A stretch of DNA of 61,449 nt from Actinomycetota bacterium. GTDB lineage: Bacteria > Actinomycetota > UBA4738 > HRBIN12. A program made the position numbers and the translations under genes. The notes under the pieces were generated by a model. The model made no database searches. It was not told the DNA's origin and was given only the letters and a program-made list of their open reading frames with translations. Of the stretch, positions 52,906 to 61,449 are shown piece after piece. Numbering within the stretch: position 1 is the stretch's first letter; the number at the start of each line of letters is the position of its first letter. The stretch spans positions 1 through 61,449 of the forward strand of contig DASTBT010000052.1 in NCBI GenBank assembly GCA_035711865.1, written 5' to 3'.

Positions 52906-53529
52906 TCAGGGCACGAACTCGGCCCTCGGGCCCTCCTGGTAGCTGTAGCGTTCTTCGGCGAACGGCTCGGCGTGCACGTGATACCCCCGCAGCTCCCAGA
53001 AGCCTCGCTCGTTCCGATCGCTGAAGCGCAGTCCGGTGAGCCACTTCGCGCTCTTCCACGCGTAGCGCTTGGGCACGACCAGACGCAGCGGCCAGCCGTG
53101 CTCGGGCGTGAGATCCTCGCCGTGGTTACGCCACGCGAGCACCACGTCGTCGTCGCTCATCGCCTCGAGCGACAGGTTCGACGTGTAGCCGTTGGGGCTC
53201 TCCGCGATCACCCACTTCGCCTCGGAGGTGGGCCGAGCACGCTCGAGGATCGTCCCGAACGCCACACCCTCCCACGTGTTGTCGAGCGTGGTCCATCCGG
53301 TGACGCAATGCATGTCGGCATCGACGGTGACCGTCGGCATGGCCCGAAGCTCGTCGTAGCTCAGCCGGAAGGGGTGCTCCACGAGGCCCGAGACCTCGAC
53401 ATCCCAGTCCGTGCCGTCGAAGCTCGGGATCGGACCGTAATGCAGCACCGGCCAGGTCTTCACCAGCCGCTGACCCGGTGGGATGCGCGGGGCGATCTCG
53501 GGCGGGTAGTTCTTCGTGAACAGGCCCAT
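52906..53529 (-). CDS. Sulfite-oxidase-family molybdopterin oxidoreductase (catalytic domain only)
   Basis: ATG at 53529 shares 1 nt with the ltaE stop; 207 aa. Blocks: MHCVTGWT (Mo-ligand Cys), HGWPLRLVVPKRYAWKSAKWL and FWELRGYH. Confidence 0.85.
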   Translation of the reverse strand: MGLFTKNYPPEIAPRIPPGQRLVKTWPVLHYGPIPSFDGTDWDVEVSGLVEHPFRLSYDELRAMPTVTVDADMHCVTGWTTLDNTWEGVAFGTILERARPTSEAKWVIAESPNGYTSNLSLEAMSDDDVVLAWRNHGEDLTPEHGWPLRLVVPKRYAWKSAKWLTGLRFSDRNERGFWELRGYHVHAEPFAEERYSYQEGPRAEFVP

Positions 53530-54611
53530 CAGTTCTCCTCCTCGAGGTCGCGGCCGGCCCGTCGAGCCGCACGGGCGACGACACCCCACGCTTCGAGGGC
53601 GGCCCCGATGCCGTCATCGCTCACGTCGGCGTGGGTCACCATGCGCACGCGCGTGCCGGTGTGCGTCACGCCCACGCCGAGGGCGGCGAGCCGCTCGACG
53701 GTGTCGAGCACGCCCAGCCCCGCCGCTTCCGTGTCGACGAGGACCATGTTCGTTGCAGCCTGTTCGGGATCGATCGAGCCGGGAAGTCGCTCCCCGACCC
53801 CCTCCGCGAGCCGACGAGCACGCTCGTGGTCCTCGGGCAGGCGTTCGGGGCCCCGCTCCAGAGCGACGATGCCGGCGGCCGCCACGATGCCGGCCTGGCG
53901 CCAGGCGCCCCCGAACAGGATCCACTGTCGCCTGGCCTCGGGCATCAGGTCGGCGGGCCCGCACAGCAGCGATCCGATGGGTGCTCCGAGGCCCTTCGAC
54001 ACGCAGAACATCACGGTATCGGCCTGGTCGGCGAACTCGGCGGCGTCGAGGCCCGCCGCGGCGGCGGCGTTGAACAGCCTGGCACCGTCGAGGTGCACGG
54101 GCACGCCGGCGTCGTCGGCGACCTTCCGCACGGCCTGCAGCTCCTCGAGCGGCATCACGCGACCGCCCGCTCCGCCCACGGTGTTCTCGACCGAGAGCAG
54201 ATCGACGACCTCGACGTCGTAGTACGAGTCGGGCTCGAGCAGGGCGCGCGCCTGTTCGGCGTCGATCCACCCGCGGGGTCCGGGATCGGTCGTGCGGAAC
54301 GCGATGCCCGACAACGCCGCCGATGTCATGACCTCGGTGCCGGCGACGTGCGAGAGCTCCGAACATGCCACCAGGTGTCCACCCGTTCGCACGTGGAGCG
54401 CGAGCGCGATCTGGTTGGCCATCGTGCCGGTGGGCACGTAGAGGGCGGCTTCCTTGCCCAGACGTTCGGCGGCGAGCTCCTGCAGCCGGTTGACGGTTGG
54501 GTCGTCGCCGTACCAGGCGTCGCCCACCTCGGCCTCGGACATCGCCCGACGCATCTCGGGCGTCGGCGTGGTGACGGTGTCGGAACGCAGATCGACCCGG
54601 AACCGGCTCAT
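53529..54611 (-). CDS. ltaE: Low-specificity L-threonine aldolase
   Basis: ATG at 54611 inside the fused 789-aa ORF; 360 aa. Blocks: [33 protein letters not shown] and [13 protein letters not shown] (PLP Lys). Confidence 0.92.
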   Translation of the reverse strand: MSRFRVDLRSDTVTTPTPEMRRAMSEAEVGDAWYGDDPTVNRLQELAAERLGKEAALYVPTGTMANQIALALHVRTGGHLVACSELSHVAGTEVMTSAALSGIAFRTTDPGPRGWIDAEQARALLEPDSYYDVEVVDLLSVENTVGGAGGRVMPLEELQAVRKVADDAGVPVHLDGARLFNAAAAAGLDAAEFADQADTVMFCVSKGLGAPIGSLLCGPADLMPEARRQWILFGGAWRQAGIVAAAGIVALERGPERLPEDHERARRLAEGVGERLPGSIDPEQAATNMVLVDTEAAGLGVLDTVERLAALGVGVTHTGTRVRMVTHADVSDDGIGAALEAWGVVARAARRAGRDLEEEN

Positions 54612-54643
54612 GGCCTGCAGTCTACCGACGGCCGGGGGCCGGC

Positions 54644-55792
54644 TCAGTACAGGAACATCGGCTTGCCGTCGACGTGTTGGATCTTGGGCCGGTAGCTCTC
54701 GCGGTCGTAGAGCGCGTCGACGTCGACGCGCTTGACCCCCTGGCCGAGCACCGAGATCGGGACGTTCACGTAGTTGCCGTTGCGCAGCGCCACCAGCCGG
54801 CCGTGCACGCCCTCGATCGCGAGATCGGCCGCCATCACGGCGTAGTTGATCGCGACCATGAGATCGAGGGAATCGGGCGAGCCCGAACGCATCAGGTAAC
54901 CGAGCTGCTGGTAGATCGTGTCGGACCCGGTGCGTTCCTTCAGCAGGGCGCTCGTGAGCTGGCCGATGCCGCCCAGCTTGCGGTGGCCGTAGGCGTCCTC
55001 GTCGCCCGCCTGCATCATCTCCCCGCCGGCGAGCGTCGCGCCCTCGGAGATCGTCATCATCGCGTAGTTGCTGGGGTTCGCCCCCTTGTCGCGCAGCAGC
55101 AGCTCGCCCAGGCGGCCGACGTCGAACGGCACCTCGGAGATGATCGCGCGCTCGACGCCGGACAGGTAGGCCGACACGAGCGAGGTCTCGCCGCTGTAGC
55201 GGCCGAAGACCTCGACCACCGCGAGCCGTTCGTGGGAGCCGGCGCTCGTGCGCAGCTGGTGGACGAAGTTCACGGTACGGGTCACCGCCGTCGAGAACCC
55301 GATGCAGTAGTCGGTGCCGTGCACGTCGTTGTCCATCGTCTTGGGGATCGCGACCACCGGCACGCCCTCCTGGTGCAGGCGCAGACCGAACGAGAGCGTG
55401 TCGTCGCCGCCGATCGGGATCAACGCGTCGAGGCCGAGCGCTTCGATCACTCGCAGCACGTGCGCGGTGTGATCGCGGGGCCCGTCGTCGGTGCGCCCCT
55501 CCGCCAGGAACGCCGGCTCGTCGGCGGGACCCACCTTGGCCGGGTTCGTGCGCGACGTGTGCAGGAACGTGCCGCCCGTGCGGTCGATCGTGCGCACCAC
55601 GCCGGGGTCGAGCCTCAACGAGTTGGCCGCGAGGCTCTCGAGATCGTTCGGATCGGCTTCGAGCAGCCCACCCCACCCGCGGCGGATGCCGAGCACCTCG
55701 TGGCCCTCGGCGACCACCCGCGACACGGCCGCCTTGATCGAGGCGTTCAGACCCGGCACGTCGCCGCCTCCGGTCAGGATGCCGAGCCGCAT
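54644..55792 (-). CDS. 6-phosphofructokinase, PPi-dependent-type signature
   Basis: 382-aa ORF. Blocks: [19 protein letters not shown] (GGDD rather than GGDG) and IPKTMDNDV (Lys at the position that is Gly in ATP-PFKs). Confidence 0.9.
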   Translation of the reverse strand: MRLGILTGGGDVPGLNASIKAAVSRVVAEGHEVLGIRRGWGGLLEADPNDLESLAANSLRLDPGVVRTIDRTGGTFLHTSRTNPAKVGPADEPAFLAEGRTDDGPRDHTAHVLRVIEALGLDALIPIGGDDTLSFGLRLHQEGVPVVAIPKTMDNDVHGTDYCIGFSTAVTRTVNFVHQLRTSAGSHERLAVVEVFGRYSGETSLVSAYLSGVERAIISEVPFDVGRLGELLLRDKGANPSNYAMMTISEGATLAGGEMMQAGDEDAYGHRKLGGIGQLTSALLKERTGSDTIYQQLGYLMRSGSPDSLDLMVAINYAVMAADLAIEGVHGRLVALRNGNYVNVPISVLGQGVKRVDVDALYDRESYRPKIQHVDGKPMFLY

Positions 55793-55839
55793 CTCGGCAG
55801 CCTACGAGAGGCGGGCCAGCACGGTCGGGGACGCGGGGC

Positions 55840-56862
55840 TCAATCGCACAGGACCTGGGGGATCTCCCACAGCTCCTTGGGGACGAGCCGCGGCTCACGA
55901 CCGACCCCTGCGAGGGGGGTGGTCACGGACTCCTGGCCGACGATCCCGACCATCGATCCCCAGCCGTTCCGGCTCGCTTCTTCGACCGCCGCGATGCCGA
56001 GTCGCGTCGCGAGCACGCGGTCCGCGGCGACGGGTGAACCTCCCCGCTGCACATGCCCGAGCACCGTGATGCGCGATTCCACGGCGTTGCGCGACGCGAG
56101 CTCATCCGCGACCAGCCCGCCGATGCCGCCCAGGCGCGGCCACCCGTTCTCGTCCAGCGGGTAGTCGGGCACCTCCAACGTGCCGGGCACCGGCATCGCG
56201 CCCTCAGAGACGACGACGATCGAGAACCGGCGGTCCTCGAGCATGTGCTGTTTGACGCGGCGAGCCACCGATGAGATGTCGAACGGGTGCTCGGGCAGCA
56301 GGATCACGTCGGCCGCGCCCGCGATGCCGGCCTCGAGCCCGATCCAGCCGGCGCTGCGCCCCATGACCTCACAGACCATCACCCGGCGGTGGCTCTCGGC
56401 TGTGCTGTAGAGCCGGTCGATCAGGTCGGCGGCGACCTGCACCGCGGTCTGGAACCCGATGCTGCGGTCGGTGCCTGCGATGTCGTTGTCGATCGTCTTC
56501 GGCACACCGATGATCGGCACGTCGGGCATCGCGGCGCAGGCTCCCATCGTGCCCTCGCCTCCGATCACGATGAAGCCGTCGAGCCGATGCACCTCACGCG
56601 CCTCGCGGACGCGGTCGACGCCGTCGGCCGACCGGAAGGGCTGCACCCCCGAGGTGCCCAGGATCGTGCCGCCGCGCGTCAGCAGGCCACGCACGTCGTC
56701 ACGCGTGAGCTCGTCGGCCGTGCCTTCCATGACGCCGCGCCAGCCGTCGCGGAAGCCGTACACGGTCGCGCCGTGGGAGTCCTGCGCGAAGCGCACGATC
56801 GCTCGGATCGCCGCGTTCAGTCCTGGACAGTCCCCCCCGCCGGTGAGCAGCCCGAGTCGCAT
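55840..56862 (-). CDS. pfkA: 6-phosphofructokinase, actinobacterial ATP-dependent PfkA type
   Basis: 340-aa ORF. Blocks: [28 protein letters not shown] and EVMGRSAGW. Close in pattern to mycobacterial PfkA. Confidence 0.93.
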   Translation of the reverse strand: MRLGLLTGGGDCPGLNAAIRAIVRFAQDSHGATVYGFRDGWRGVMEGTADELTRDDVRGLLTRGGTILGTSGVQPFRSADGVDRVREAREVHRLDGFIVIGGEGTMGACAAMPDVPIIGVPKTIDNDIAGTDRSIGFQTAVQVAADLIDRLYSTAESHRRVMVCEVMGRSAGWIGLEAGIAGAADVILLPEHPFDISSVARRVKQHMLEDRRFSIVVVSEGAMPVPGTLEVPDYPLDENGWPRLGGIGGLVADELASRNAVESRITVLGHVQRGGSPVAADRVLATRLGIAAVEEASRNGWGSMVGIVGQESVTTPLAGVGREPRLVPKELWEIPQVLCD

Positions 56863-56918
56863 GGCGCAGAGACTACGACGCGAACGAGCTCGGTTCGGCC
56901 CGACCTGCCTTCGGTACG

Positions 56919-57095
56919 ATGTCGCCGATGCCCGACATCACCGTGCTCGCGAGCTTCTTCCCCGACATCGAGGGGTGGCTGGAGGCCATCTTCGTCGGGC
57001 TGCTGGTGCTGCTCGCGGGCGCCGTCGGCGTCTTCGCCCTGTTCGTGATCGCGCAGCAGTTCCGCAATCCGGGACGCCGGGGCGGATCGAACTAG
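56919..57095 (+). CDS. Candidate 58-aa single-TM protein
   Basis: Below the ORF-track cut-off. Sequence: MSPMPDITVLASFFPDIEGWLEAIFVGLLVLLAGAVGVFALFVIAQQFRNPGRRGGSN. Third-position G/C is very high. Its TAG stop overlaps the arcC TAG on the other strand (CTAG). No SD; an alternative ATG lies at 56928. Confidence 0.4.
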   Translation: MSPMPDITVLASFFPDIEGWLEAIFVGLLVLLAGAVGVFALFVIAQQFRNPGRRGGSN

Positions 57096-58042
57096 CCGTC
57101 GGCCGGCACGATCGTCGTGCCCGTCTCGCCGCGCAGGGCCCCGGTGGCGTCGTCGAGGTCGGCGATCACCGCCCTGGCTCCGCCGTCGCGGACGAATCCC
57201 GCCGCCGCCTCGACCTTCGGGCCCATCGACCCGGCGCCGAACTCCCCCCGTTCGATGAGCTCGAACGCCTCGCCGACGTCCATGCGTTCGATGTCCTCGG
57301 GGTACAGCGACCCGTAACCGCGCTGCACCTTCTTCACGTCGGTGAGGATCAGCAGGGTGGTCGCGCCGACCTCCTTCGCGAGGATCGCGGCGGCCAGATC
57401 CTTGTCGACGACCCCTTCCTTGCCGATCAGGCGTGGGCCGTCCTCGATCACCGGAACGCCGCCGCCGCCGCTCGCGATCACGACCACGTCGTCGGCCACG
57501 AGGTTCGTGATCACCGGTGTCTCGACGATCGAGTACGGCCGCGGGCTCGGCACGACGCGACGCCATCCACCGTGCGGATCGGCTCGCACCGTGTAGCCTC
57601 GCTCCGCCTCGAGGAGCCGGGCCTCGGCCTCCTCGTAATAGGGACCGACGAACTTCGTGGGATCCGCGAAGGCGGGGTCGTCGGGCCGCACCCTCGTCAG
57701 CGTCAGGACCATGGCGACCGGACGCTCCATGCCGCGCTCGAAGAAGACGTCGCCGAGCGTGACCTGCAGCAGGTACCCGATCTGCCCCTGGCTCTGGGCG
57801 CCGCAGACGTCGAGGGGCATGGGCTGCACGGTCGCGGCGGCGGCTTCCTGCTGCAGCAGGATGCGACCGACCTGGGGGCCGTTGCCATGGGTCACGACCA
57901 CCTGCCACCCGTCGGCGGCGATGTCGGCGATGCGCTCGGCCGCCTCGCGGCACGCCCGATACATCTCCTCGAACGTGTCGTCGGCACCGCGCCGGAGCAG
58001 AGCGTTACCACCGAGGGCGACCACGACACGCTCCAACGACAT
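57092..58042 (-). CDS. arcC: Carbamate kinase
   Basis: 316-aa ORF. Blocks: VVALGGNAL, VVTHGNGPQVG, GGGGVPV and DKDLAAAILA. Confidence 0.93.
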   Translation of the reverse strand: MSLERVVVALGGNALLRRGADDTFEEMYRACREAAERIADIAADGWQVVVTHGNGPQVGRILLQQEAAAATVQPMPLDVCGAQSQGQIGYLLQVTLGDVFFERGMERPVAMVLTLTRVRPDDPAFADPTKFVGPYYEEAEARLLEAERGYTVRADPHGGWRRVVPSPRPYSIVETPVITNLVADDVVVIASGGGGVPVIEDGPRLIGKEGVVDKDLAAAILAKEVGATTLLILTDVKKVQRGYGSLYPEDIERMDVGEAFELIERGEFGAGSMGPKVEAAAGFVRDGGARAVIADLDDATGALRGETGTTIVPADG

Positions 58043-58067
58043 CAGCTCCTCGGCCGGCGAGCCCGGC

Positions 58068-59384
58068 TCAGCCCAGCACGGGTGCGAGCACGTCGATCAG
58101 CGTCGGAGACTCCGGCAGCACGTCGAGGTCGTAGCGCACGCGCACGGCCGGCTTGCCGATGTCGATCACGCTCCGGAGGTCGATCGGCGTTCCCACCACG
58201 ACCAGATCGGCCTCGGCCGAGTCGATGATCTTCGAGAGCTCGTCGAGCTGTCCCTCGCTGTACCCCATCGCGGGCAACACCGCTCCGACGTCGTACTTCT
58301 CGTACGTCTCGGCGATCGTGCCGAACGCCCATGGGCGCGGATCGACGATCTCCGCCGCGCCGTTGCGCTCGGCCGCCACGACACCCGCGCCGATCTTCAT
58401 CGATCCGTGGGTGAGGGTGGGGCCGTCCTCGACCACCAGGACGCGTTTGCCCTGGATCGCCTCGGGGTCGTCGACGGTGACCCTCGAGTTCGCCTTGACC
58501 ACGGTCGCCGTGGGGTTCACATCGGCGATCGTCGCGTCGAGCTGGGCGACCTGCTCCGGCGTCGCCGAATCCATCTTGTTCACGACGATCACGTCGGCCG
58601 CCCGCAGGTTGGCCTCGCCCGGGTGGTAGGTGAGCTCGTGGCCGGCTCGCAGGGGATCCACGAGCGTGATCCACACATCGGGGGTGTAGAACGGCAGATC
58701 GTTGTTCCCGCCGTCCCACAGCAGCACGTCGGCCTCGGACTGAGCCTGCTCGAGGATCGCCCCGTAGTCGACGCCGGCGTAGATCACCGTGCCGCTCGTG
58801 ATGTGGGGCTCGTACTCCTCGCGCTCCTCGATCGTCGTGTGGTATCGGTCGAGATCGGCGAGCTCCCCATAGCGCTGCACGCGTTGCGCCACGAGGTCGC
58901 CGTAGGGCATCGGATGCCGCACGGCGACGACCCGCTTCCCGGCACCCCTGAGCACGCCGGCGATCGCACGGGTCGTCTGGCTCTTGCCGACGCCGGTGCG
59001 CACGGCGACGACCGCCACGGTCGGGATCGAGGCCCGGATCATCGTGTCGTCGGTCCCGAGCAGCACGAAGTTCGCGCCGGCGGCCAGCACCTCGTTGGCC
59101 TTGTGCATCACGTACTCGTGCGAAACGTCGGAGTAGCTGAACACCACGTCGTCGACCTCGAGGTCACGGATCAGCCCGGCCAACTCGGACTCGTCGTAGA
59201 TCTGGATGCCCTCGGGGTAGTTCGCACCTGCGATCTCCGCGGGGTACTTCCGGTCGTCGATGAACGGGATCTGGGTCGCCGTGAACGCCACCACCTGCAC
59301 GTCGGGGTCGTCGCGATACACGGTGTTGAAGTTGTGGAAGTCGCGACCCGCGGCTCCCATGATGAGGACGCGTCGCTTCGCCAT
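58068..59384 (-). CDS. COG2403-type P-loop protein (cyclic 2,3-diphosphoglycerate synthetase-like)
   Basis: ATG at 59384 with GGGAG 6 nt upstream, inside ORF 58068..59612; 438 aa. Blocks: MGAAGRDFHNFN, VRTGVGKSQTT (P-loop), RHPMPYGDL and LWDGGNNDLPF. The family name is from memory. Confidence 0.8.
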   Translation of the reverse strand: MAKRRVLIMGAAGRDFHNFNTVYRDDPDVQVVAFTATQIPFIDDRKYPAEIAGANYPEGIQIYDESELAGLIRDLEVDDVVFSYSDVSHEYVMHKANEVLAAGANFVLLGTDDTMIRASIPTVAVVAVRTGVGKSQTTRAIAGVLRGAGKRVVAVRHPMPYGDLVAQRVQRYGELADLDRYHTTIEEREEYEPHITSGTVIYAGVDYGAILEQAQSEADVLLWDGGNNDLPFYTPDVWITLVDPLRAGHELTYHPGEANLRAADVIVVNKMDSATPEQVAQLDATIADVNPTATVVKANSRVTVDDPEAIQGKRVLVVEDGPTLTHGSMKIGAGVVAAERNGAAEIVDPRPWAFGTIAETYEKYDVGAVLPAMGYSEGQLDELSKIIDSAEADLVVVGTPIDLRSVIDIGKPAVRVRYDLDVLPESPTLIDVLAPVLG

Positions 59385-59520
59385 GACGAACTCCCTTCGG
59401 CTCCAGGCCAGCAGTGTCGGAAGCGTCTGATGCGCGGAGGCGACGCGCCTCGGGGCTGGTGCGCCGCCGGCGCCGTCCCCGCTCTTCATCGCGGAGCCTA
59501 CCCCACCCCGCACGGGCGAG

Positions 59521-60369
59521 TCAGGAGGCTTCGGCCCCGGCCCCGGCAGGACCCATCGACCGCCAGCCGGCCCCGTCGACCCGGCCGAACGGACGAGCGA
59601 AGTGCGGCACACCCACGAGCCACCCCTCTCCGGCCGCCCGGGTCAGGAGCGCTGCCCTGGAAGCCGCACCGGTCTCCGGCTCCTCGTCGTGGCTCGACGG
59701 CCACTCCGGGTGTGCCGCCTGGATCGGGATGTGCAGCAGGTCGCCGGTGATCACGACACGGTCGTCGCCGGCCTCGAGCACGATGCTGCGGTGCCCGGGT
59801 GTGTGCCCGGGTGTATGCACCACCCGTAACCCGGGCGCCACCTCGCGATCTGCGGCGTCGAGGTCGAGCAGATCCAGCTCACGGAGCCGCTGCACCTCCG
59901 GGACGGCCGCGTAGGGTTCGTGTCGATCGGCGAACAACGCCAGGTCGGCCTCGTGCAGCACGACCCGCGCGTTCGGGAAGCGTGGCCCCTCGCCGGCCCA
60001 GACGCCGCCGGCGTGGTCGGCATGCAGGTGCGAGAGCACGACGAGCCCGACCTCCGCCGTCTCGAGCCCCAGCTCGTCGTACGCAGCCTCGGCGCTTCGC
60101 CCCGATCGCCCGGCCCAGGGCCGGTACGGCGGGTAGGAGCCGACCCCCGTGTCGATCGCCGCCACGCCCCATGGTCCGCGGGCGACGAACCCGTGCACGT
60201 GCCAGCGCCACGATCGCTCGTCGTGGAAGGCCCACGGGTGCCTCGCGCGCTCCGCCCGCCAATCCACGTCCTGGCCGGGGCATTCCTCCGATAGGAGCAG
60301 CCGCGCGTATCCCTGGCACATCGCCGAGATCTCGATCGGGCCGACGCGGAGCGGTTCGACGTGGGTCAC
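59521..60369 (-). CDS. Metallo-beta-lactamase-fold hydrolase
   Basis: 282-aa ORF. Blocks: LSHLHADHAGG (HxHxDH), HTPGHTPGH and ITGD. Confidence 0.85.
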   Translation of the reverse strand: MTHVEPLRVGPIEISAMCQGYARLLLSEECPGQDVDWRAERARHPWAFHDERSWRWHVHGFVARGPWGVAAIDTGVGSYPPYRPWAGRSGRSAEAAYDELGLETAEVGLVVLSHLHADHAGGVWAGEGPRFPNARVVLHEADLALFADRHEPYAAVPEVQRLRELDLLDLDAADREVAPGLRVVHTPGHTPGHRSIVLEAGDDRVVITGDLLHIPIQAAHPEWPSSHDEEPETGAASRAALLTRAAGEGWLVGVPHFARPFGRVDGAGWRSMGPAGAGAEAS

Positions 60370-60378
60370 GGGCCGACC

Positions 60379-61002
60379 CTACGTCAGGTCGAGATCCGAC
60401 GCCTCGTCGATGTCGCGCAGCGTGACGCGCTCGGGATCGAGCGCGACCCAGGTCGGCTCCTCGACCACGGTCGGGCCCATCGCTCGCAGCCACGCCCGCA
60501 GCGATCGATCGCCGTCGCGCAGGAGGCGCTCGGCCGCCGTGCGGGCCGGTGCCACCCGGACCACCGCGGGGAGCGGTCGGAACCGGTCTCCGTCCCGGAG
60601 CGCGACCGCGTCGGCGGGGGCGTCGACGGCGACCCGCACCATCGCTCGCAGCACGGCGTCCGACAGCCCCGGCATGTCGCCCCCCGCGACCACCGCGAGC
60701 TCCCGGTCGACGATCGCGAGACCAGCGAGGGCGCCCTCGAGCGGCCCCTCGCCCTCGCGGGTATCACGGGCGATCCGCACCGGCGCGCCGGCCGGCAGCG
60801 CCGGCTCCGGCCGGCCGGGCGCGATCACGACCACCACGTCGCCGGTCACCTCGGCGAGTCGGCGGATCGGGTGATGGAGCAGCGGGATGCCGTCGACCTC
60901 GGCACGCAGCTTGTCCTCGCTCCCGAACCGGGACGATCGACCCCCGGCGAGCACGACACCGCTCGCGAGGTCAATAGTCTGACCCAGACTAGGTCGCCTC
61001 AT
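60379..61002 (-). CDS. mobA: Molybdenum cofactor guanylyltransferase
   Basis: 207-aa ORF. Blocks: VVLAGGRSSRFG, GPLEGALAGL and VVAGGDMPGL. Confidence 0.88.
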   Translation of the reverse strand: MRRPSLGQTIDLASGVVLAGGRSSRFGSEDKLRAEVDGIPLLHHPIRRLAEVTGDVVVVIAPGRPEPALPAGAPVRIARDTREGEGPLEGALAGLAIVDRELAVVAGGDMPGLSDAVLRAMVRVAVDAPADAVALRDGDRFRPLPAVVRVAPARTAAERLLRDGDRSLRAWLRAMGPTVVEEPTWVALDPERVTLRDIDEASDLDLT

Positions 61003-61449
61003 GCTCCCGCGGACGTTTCGCTCGGCGGGTCGGGTCGTCTTCCCTGCGGGACTGCACGTAAGCGAAGCCGAACCGTCCCTTGACGCAGAGATGCCCGCTG
61101 GTGACCGAGTGATCGGAGGGGCTCGTGACCTTCACGATCTCGTTGTCCTGCACGTGCAGCTCCAGCTCGCAGCCCACGCCGCAGTAAGGGCAGATCGTGT
61201 TGGTGACGGTCTGATCCTGCTCGTCCCAGGTGCCGGCCTCGCGCATCTCGTGCTCGCTCGTGAACATCAATGCCCCGGTCGGGCAGACACCGATGCAGTT
61301 GCCGCAGTAGACGCACGCCGACTCGTCGAGCGGCACGGCGTACTCGGTCGAGATGCGAGCGTCGAACCCTCGTCCGGCGACGGCGATCGCGAACGTGTTC
61401 TGCGCGTCGACGCCGCAGGCCTCGACGCACTTGTAGCAGAGGATGCAGC
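60989..61449 (-). CDS. Fe-S N-terminal module of a formate dehydrogenase alpha / NuoG-like protein; 5' end outside the window, reading frame stops before any molybdopterin domain
   Basis: The frame is open from the window edge: CILCYKCVEACGV...ACVYCGNCIGVCPTGAL (two ferredoxin-type clusters). This is followed by the MopB Fe4S4 domain CPYCGVGCELE...GHLCVKGRFGF. After about 20 more residues the frame ends in TAG at 60989, overlapping mobA. Confidence 0.8.
   Translation of the reverse strand, partial: CILCYKCVEACGVDAQNTFAIAVAGRGFDARISTEYAVPLDESACVYCGNCIGVCPTGALMFTSEHEMREAGTWDEQDQTVTNTICPYCGVGCELELHVQDNEIVKVTSPSDHSVTSGHLCVKGRFGFAYVQSRREDDPTRRAKRPREHEAT

Noticed and set aside
59385-59520. Riboswitch or leader upstream of the COG2403-arcC pair
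   Set aside because: Only a short GAGGCG-acg-CGCCTC hairpin is present. I found no resemblance to any riboswitch consensus I can recall (guanidine, purine, glycine and others). An Rfam scan would be needed.
60989-60991. Selenocysteine recoding as an explanation for the early FDH stop
   Set aside because: The stop is TAG, not TGA. It lies well before the usual Sec position, and the downstream sequence encodes MobA rather than a MopB catalytic domain.
1-61449. Mobile elements, prophage, defence islands, tRNA/rRNA genes
   Set aside because: I saw no integrase, transposase or recombinase motifs, no terminal inverted repeats, no compositionally foreign block larger than the about 200-nt promoter spacers, and no cloverleaf-capable conserved tRNA boxes in the few intergenic gaps.

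Overview
This 61.4-kb window is about 70 % GC and almost entirely coding. Its gene content and order match an Actinomycetota chromosome; a deep-branching, Acidimicrobiia-like lineage is my inference only. I found no rRNA, tRNA, CRISPR array, IS element or integrase.

Minus strand, 1-28.5 kb:
- 5' end of a lipoprotein gene.
- A HisA/PriA-like isomerase followed by trpC-trpB-trpA.
- dnaE, an rluD-like gene, lspA, a DksA/TraR-like gene and a DUF167 gene.
- divIVA, yggT, sepF, yggS and ftsZ.
- A complete dcw cluster: mraZ, a small ORF, rsmH, ftsL-like, ftsI, murE, murF, mraY, murD, ftsW, murG, murC, murB, ftsQ. All 12 junctions from rsmH to ftsQ overlap by 1-14 nt.

28.6-35 kb: an HNH endonuclease, the MoxR-DUF58-transglutaminase triad, a MerR regulator and a DUF3040 protein.

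35-40.7 kb is the most unusual part. A perfect LexA box (TCGAACGTATGTTCGA) with a promoter-like element fronts a minus-strand gene string:
- an 86-aa Trp-rich protein;
- a 2 x 36-bp tandem repeat;
- an MBL-fold hydrolase;
- DnaE2;
- a DinB with intact catalytic motifs.
This looks like an SOS mutagenesis cassette without imuA or imuB. The small protein looks like a free-standing ImuB C-terminal domain.

40.7-61.4 kb:
- rocD, a DUF402 protein, a membrane protein and a class-V aminotransferase.
- UDP-sulfoquinovose synthase plus a membrane-anchored GT2.
- psuG-psuK, then a PASTA Ser/Thr kinase coupled to nfo.
- A sulfite-oxidase-like protein and ltaE.
- Two tandem phosphofructokinases, one PPi-type and one ATP-type.
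- Carbamate kinase and a COG2403 P-loop protein.
- A second MBL hydrolase, mobA, and a truncated N-terminal Fe-S fragment of a formate-dehydrogenase alpha subunit that runs off the window.

Many long ORFs in the supplied track are high-GC antisense or read-through artefacts. I trimmed starts using overlapping stop/start codons, Shine-Dalgarno motifs and family N-termini. All homology statements come from motif recognition by eye, not database searches.
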